NCBI GenBank assembly: GCA_030141605.1
Contig: JAQGDQ010000011.1
Location: 1,112,066 to 1,176,065, forward strand
Direction of reading: 5' to 3'
Length of the DNA stretch: 64,000 nucleotides
Source of the DNA: Tubiluchus corallicola
Taxonomy: Eukaryota > Animalia > Priapulida
The notes beneath the pieces are model-generated. The model worked only from the letters and a program-made list of their open reading frames with translations, searched no databases and was not told the origin of the DNA. The translations under genes and the position numbers were made by a program. Shown here in pieces: positions 61,154 through 64,000 of the stretch. The stretch's first letter is position 1. Every line of letters starts with the position of its first letter.

Positions 61154-64000
61154 GTTATTTCATCTAATATTGTTTTTGCTTTACTTAATTGTCCCTTATA
61201 ATATGGATAACTTTTGCATTATTTTTCTTTATTACGCTAAGTGAACTTTATTGAAGTAATTTCTAAAATCAGTAGTGTTATAACTGAACTCTAATCCTGC
61301 CATGTACAAAAGGCATTAAATCTGTAAATAGGGGTGGCTGACTTAGTTGACCGTATTGTCTTCCGCCTCTGTTTCTCCATACAATTAAGCTTTCTTTTTA
61401 ACACCAAGTAGGCTACTAACAAATACTTAGTTTGTAAATTGTCAAAATTATTGTTATGTCTATCATGTATTATAAAACTTAAAGGAGATAAACAATCTAA
61501 TCTTGATCACAATAGCACTAATCTTGATCACAATAGCACCCACAGACCGGGAAAAAGTCACGGGTTCGACTCCCAGTGAGGATGTAAAAATGCTTTCGAG
61601 TATTTTGTTCAATAGTATAGCAGAACTTCTTACTTATTCATACAGAAATTAAAAAAAATAATTAAAATAAACATAGCAAAAAATCACGGTAGTAGCCGAA
61701 TCTCTAAAGATAAAATCATTTATATAGTTATTATCTAGAAGTCTATATTTTACTTGCTATAAAACTAGATTACAATAAAATGAGAATCCTCAGTGTTTAA
61801 AATATTTTTCCATATTAAAATTTTTATCTGTTATAGAAACATAATTTCGTGGCGCTATGTAGATTAAGTGTATTCATAGTGCCAATCTATTTAATTTGCT
61901 TCACACATCTGCGATGTAATAATTCTTATTTTATACTAAATTTACTAGTAAGGAAGGGAAAAGAATGGGTAAAAAGACTGAACAAAAGGCTGTTTTGGCC
62001 ACTGTGTACATTCAAGGCAAAATACCAAACCATTACTACAACCCCGTGTGACAAGCAATAAATTTGGTGAAAATGTGCTCAAAGGTGGACGACTGGACAC
62101 GTCCTAAATTTCATGCACTGTATACGGTCCTGTTTTGTTTAACTTCAATATTACGGTTCGAACAACATCATATCTGTTATTTCTTAAATTAAATACAACT
62201 GAAAGAGAGTAAATGTGTGAAAAGTTGGGAATAAGCCAAGATTTGAACAAACGAACTTAGGATTATTCTGCGTCTAGACGTCGTTCTTTTGGAAGGACAG
62301 TCCTGATTTTGAGCACTCTGTCCGTCGTCCTTCTTAACCTTAAAACCATTAACTTGTCCCTCTTTTGGGGCCTGTATAAAAATTATATAAATTGCCTTTT
62401 TACAAAATTTTCAAAGTTTTCAAACAACTGAGAACCACAATAAGTACTATCTAAGTTATCTAATTTTATACAGTTGCTATTGGCAACACTGCTGCAGTGT
62501 GACACCAGTGTCACATGACTGACGTCAAGTAAAATAAAACATTTAACACAAAATTATTTAAATGCAATAATTTGTGTGATTATGTATTTTACATATTATA
62601 CATAGACATAACAGATAAATATGACGGCTGTGTCCTTCTTGTCCGAGATGTGGAAACGGCCGCCCTTCTCTGAAGTAATAGTATAAATTAGTAGAACTGT
62701 GACATGCATATATTCATAGCTTTATTGACAGTGGCAAACTACAGTATATTAGTCATTCCTTTTATTAATACTAATATTGTTCATTTTGATAAAACATGGG
62801 ATAAACTCTGCGATAAAACAAAGTTGTATTACTTAACTTACCTGTTTGAAAAACGTATGTATAGTCTTTGGAAAAGAAAGTTATTAATAATTTAAGATAC
62901 TCGCATCAACTGGTAAAAATCACTATTTCATTACACCAGTGTGCAACAAAAACGTCACTGGCTCACCAAAAAATATAATTAATAATCTTATTGATAAAAT
63001 AATGTAATTTAAACTTTTGCTTAGTTAGCGAAGAGTGTGCTACGAATGCTTTATTTTTTCAAACTTTACAAAATGTAAATCTAAACTTGTTTCAAAGACA
63101 CCACGAAGTCATGGCGAAGTTTAGATTTTTAGAAGTTTTTTCCAGTGTTGTTAGCTAACACAAGCTCTATGGGCTCTGTGAAATAGTTTTAAGTGATGAA
63201 AAATTTTTAGGCAAATTTTTTAAGCTTTAGTTATGAAGAGTGTTTCCTTCTGACACAAGCAGTTTATTCTGACAAAAATTAGAAAGCTTAACTAACCGCT
63301 GGACACGTTTACATTCTCTTTACGCTGCCATCGCAATAAAACAATGTGTAAGACTGACAAATGAGATTCTGGGTTTGTTAAGTATTCTGTTTATCGCTGC
63401 GGAACATTGTGTGCTTGACTGATTTATTTGGCAGAGAGAGCTGATTTATGTCTTCACAAATAAGACCAGCGTGGCAACAACCCGCTGGGCGTTTGGGGAA
63501 TCTTTAGCCTGCTAAGTGTCTCTGTTACTAAAGTTGATCGCCACACGCGTTTCAGTTAAAATGCAACAAGCGACCTCGCTCTTTTATTTACGTAGCATCT
63601 TGAGAGTCAGTCAACTTCAACTTTGCGGAGCTTGCGCCGTGTAAATTACTTTCTTTAGTAAGGCTTTTTGTGACTTGTGCGAATTAGCCACTTTGTTTTG
63701 GTCCCTGGAGATTGATTACACAGCTAAGCAAATGTATCGGCATTTTTTATATGAATTAAAGTCCCTCTGGGCGCTATTTCGTCAGCATTGTTATTTATCT
63801 AGTACATTTCACATGTACATCTGTAATTATAAATTCAATTATGTTTTTTGCATTTGAATCTTTCAGGTTACAATGCTTAATCAAACTGTACTTTACTTTA
63901 TTTTCACAAAAAAGCAGGCTTAATATTAGAGTTCCTCATTGTTCTATCTTGATACCCCTGTCACTTAAATTACATACCTAGGACTCTACACAGAAACAGG

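Noticed and set aside
61546-61580. tRNA-like GGTTCGACTCCC
   Set aside because: B-box only, with no cloverleaf; at most a SINE fragment.

Overview
This is AT-rich, intron-rich animal DNA (most likely an invertebrate bilaterian; the species cannot be identified from the sequence). Four protein-coding genes are supported. (1) IFT88 on the minus strand: 22 coding exons, about 830 aa, 797-25542. (2) Mitochondrial acetyl-CoA acetyltransferase ACAT1 on the plus strand, head-to-head with IFT88: 9 coding exons, about 419 aa, 26112-44291. (3) An intronless 442-aa DUF4419-like gene nested antisense in the largest ACAT1 intron (36820-38148). This is the most unusual element: a domain known mainly from microbes and giant viruses, here with a TATA box, a polyA signal, an in-frame 45-nt duplication and a possible CaaX tail. 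(4) An intronless Frizzled-9/10 (55107-56921). Introns are packed with MITEs (Tc1/mariner-pogo, hAT, Kolobok, Harbinger types), LINE fragments and satellites. Other points of interest are two GC-AG introns, inverted repeats bracketing exons, hammerhead-like Penelope-type remnants and a 43-bp hairpin whose only imperfections are G-U pairs. All exon models and family assignments were made by eye, with no database searches.
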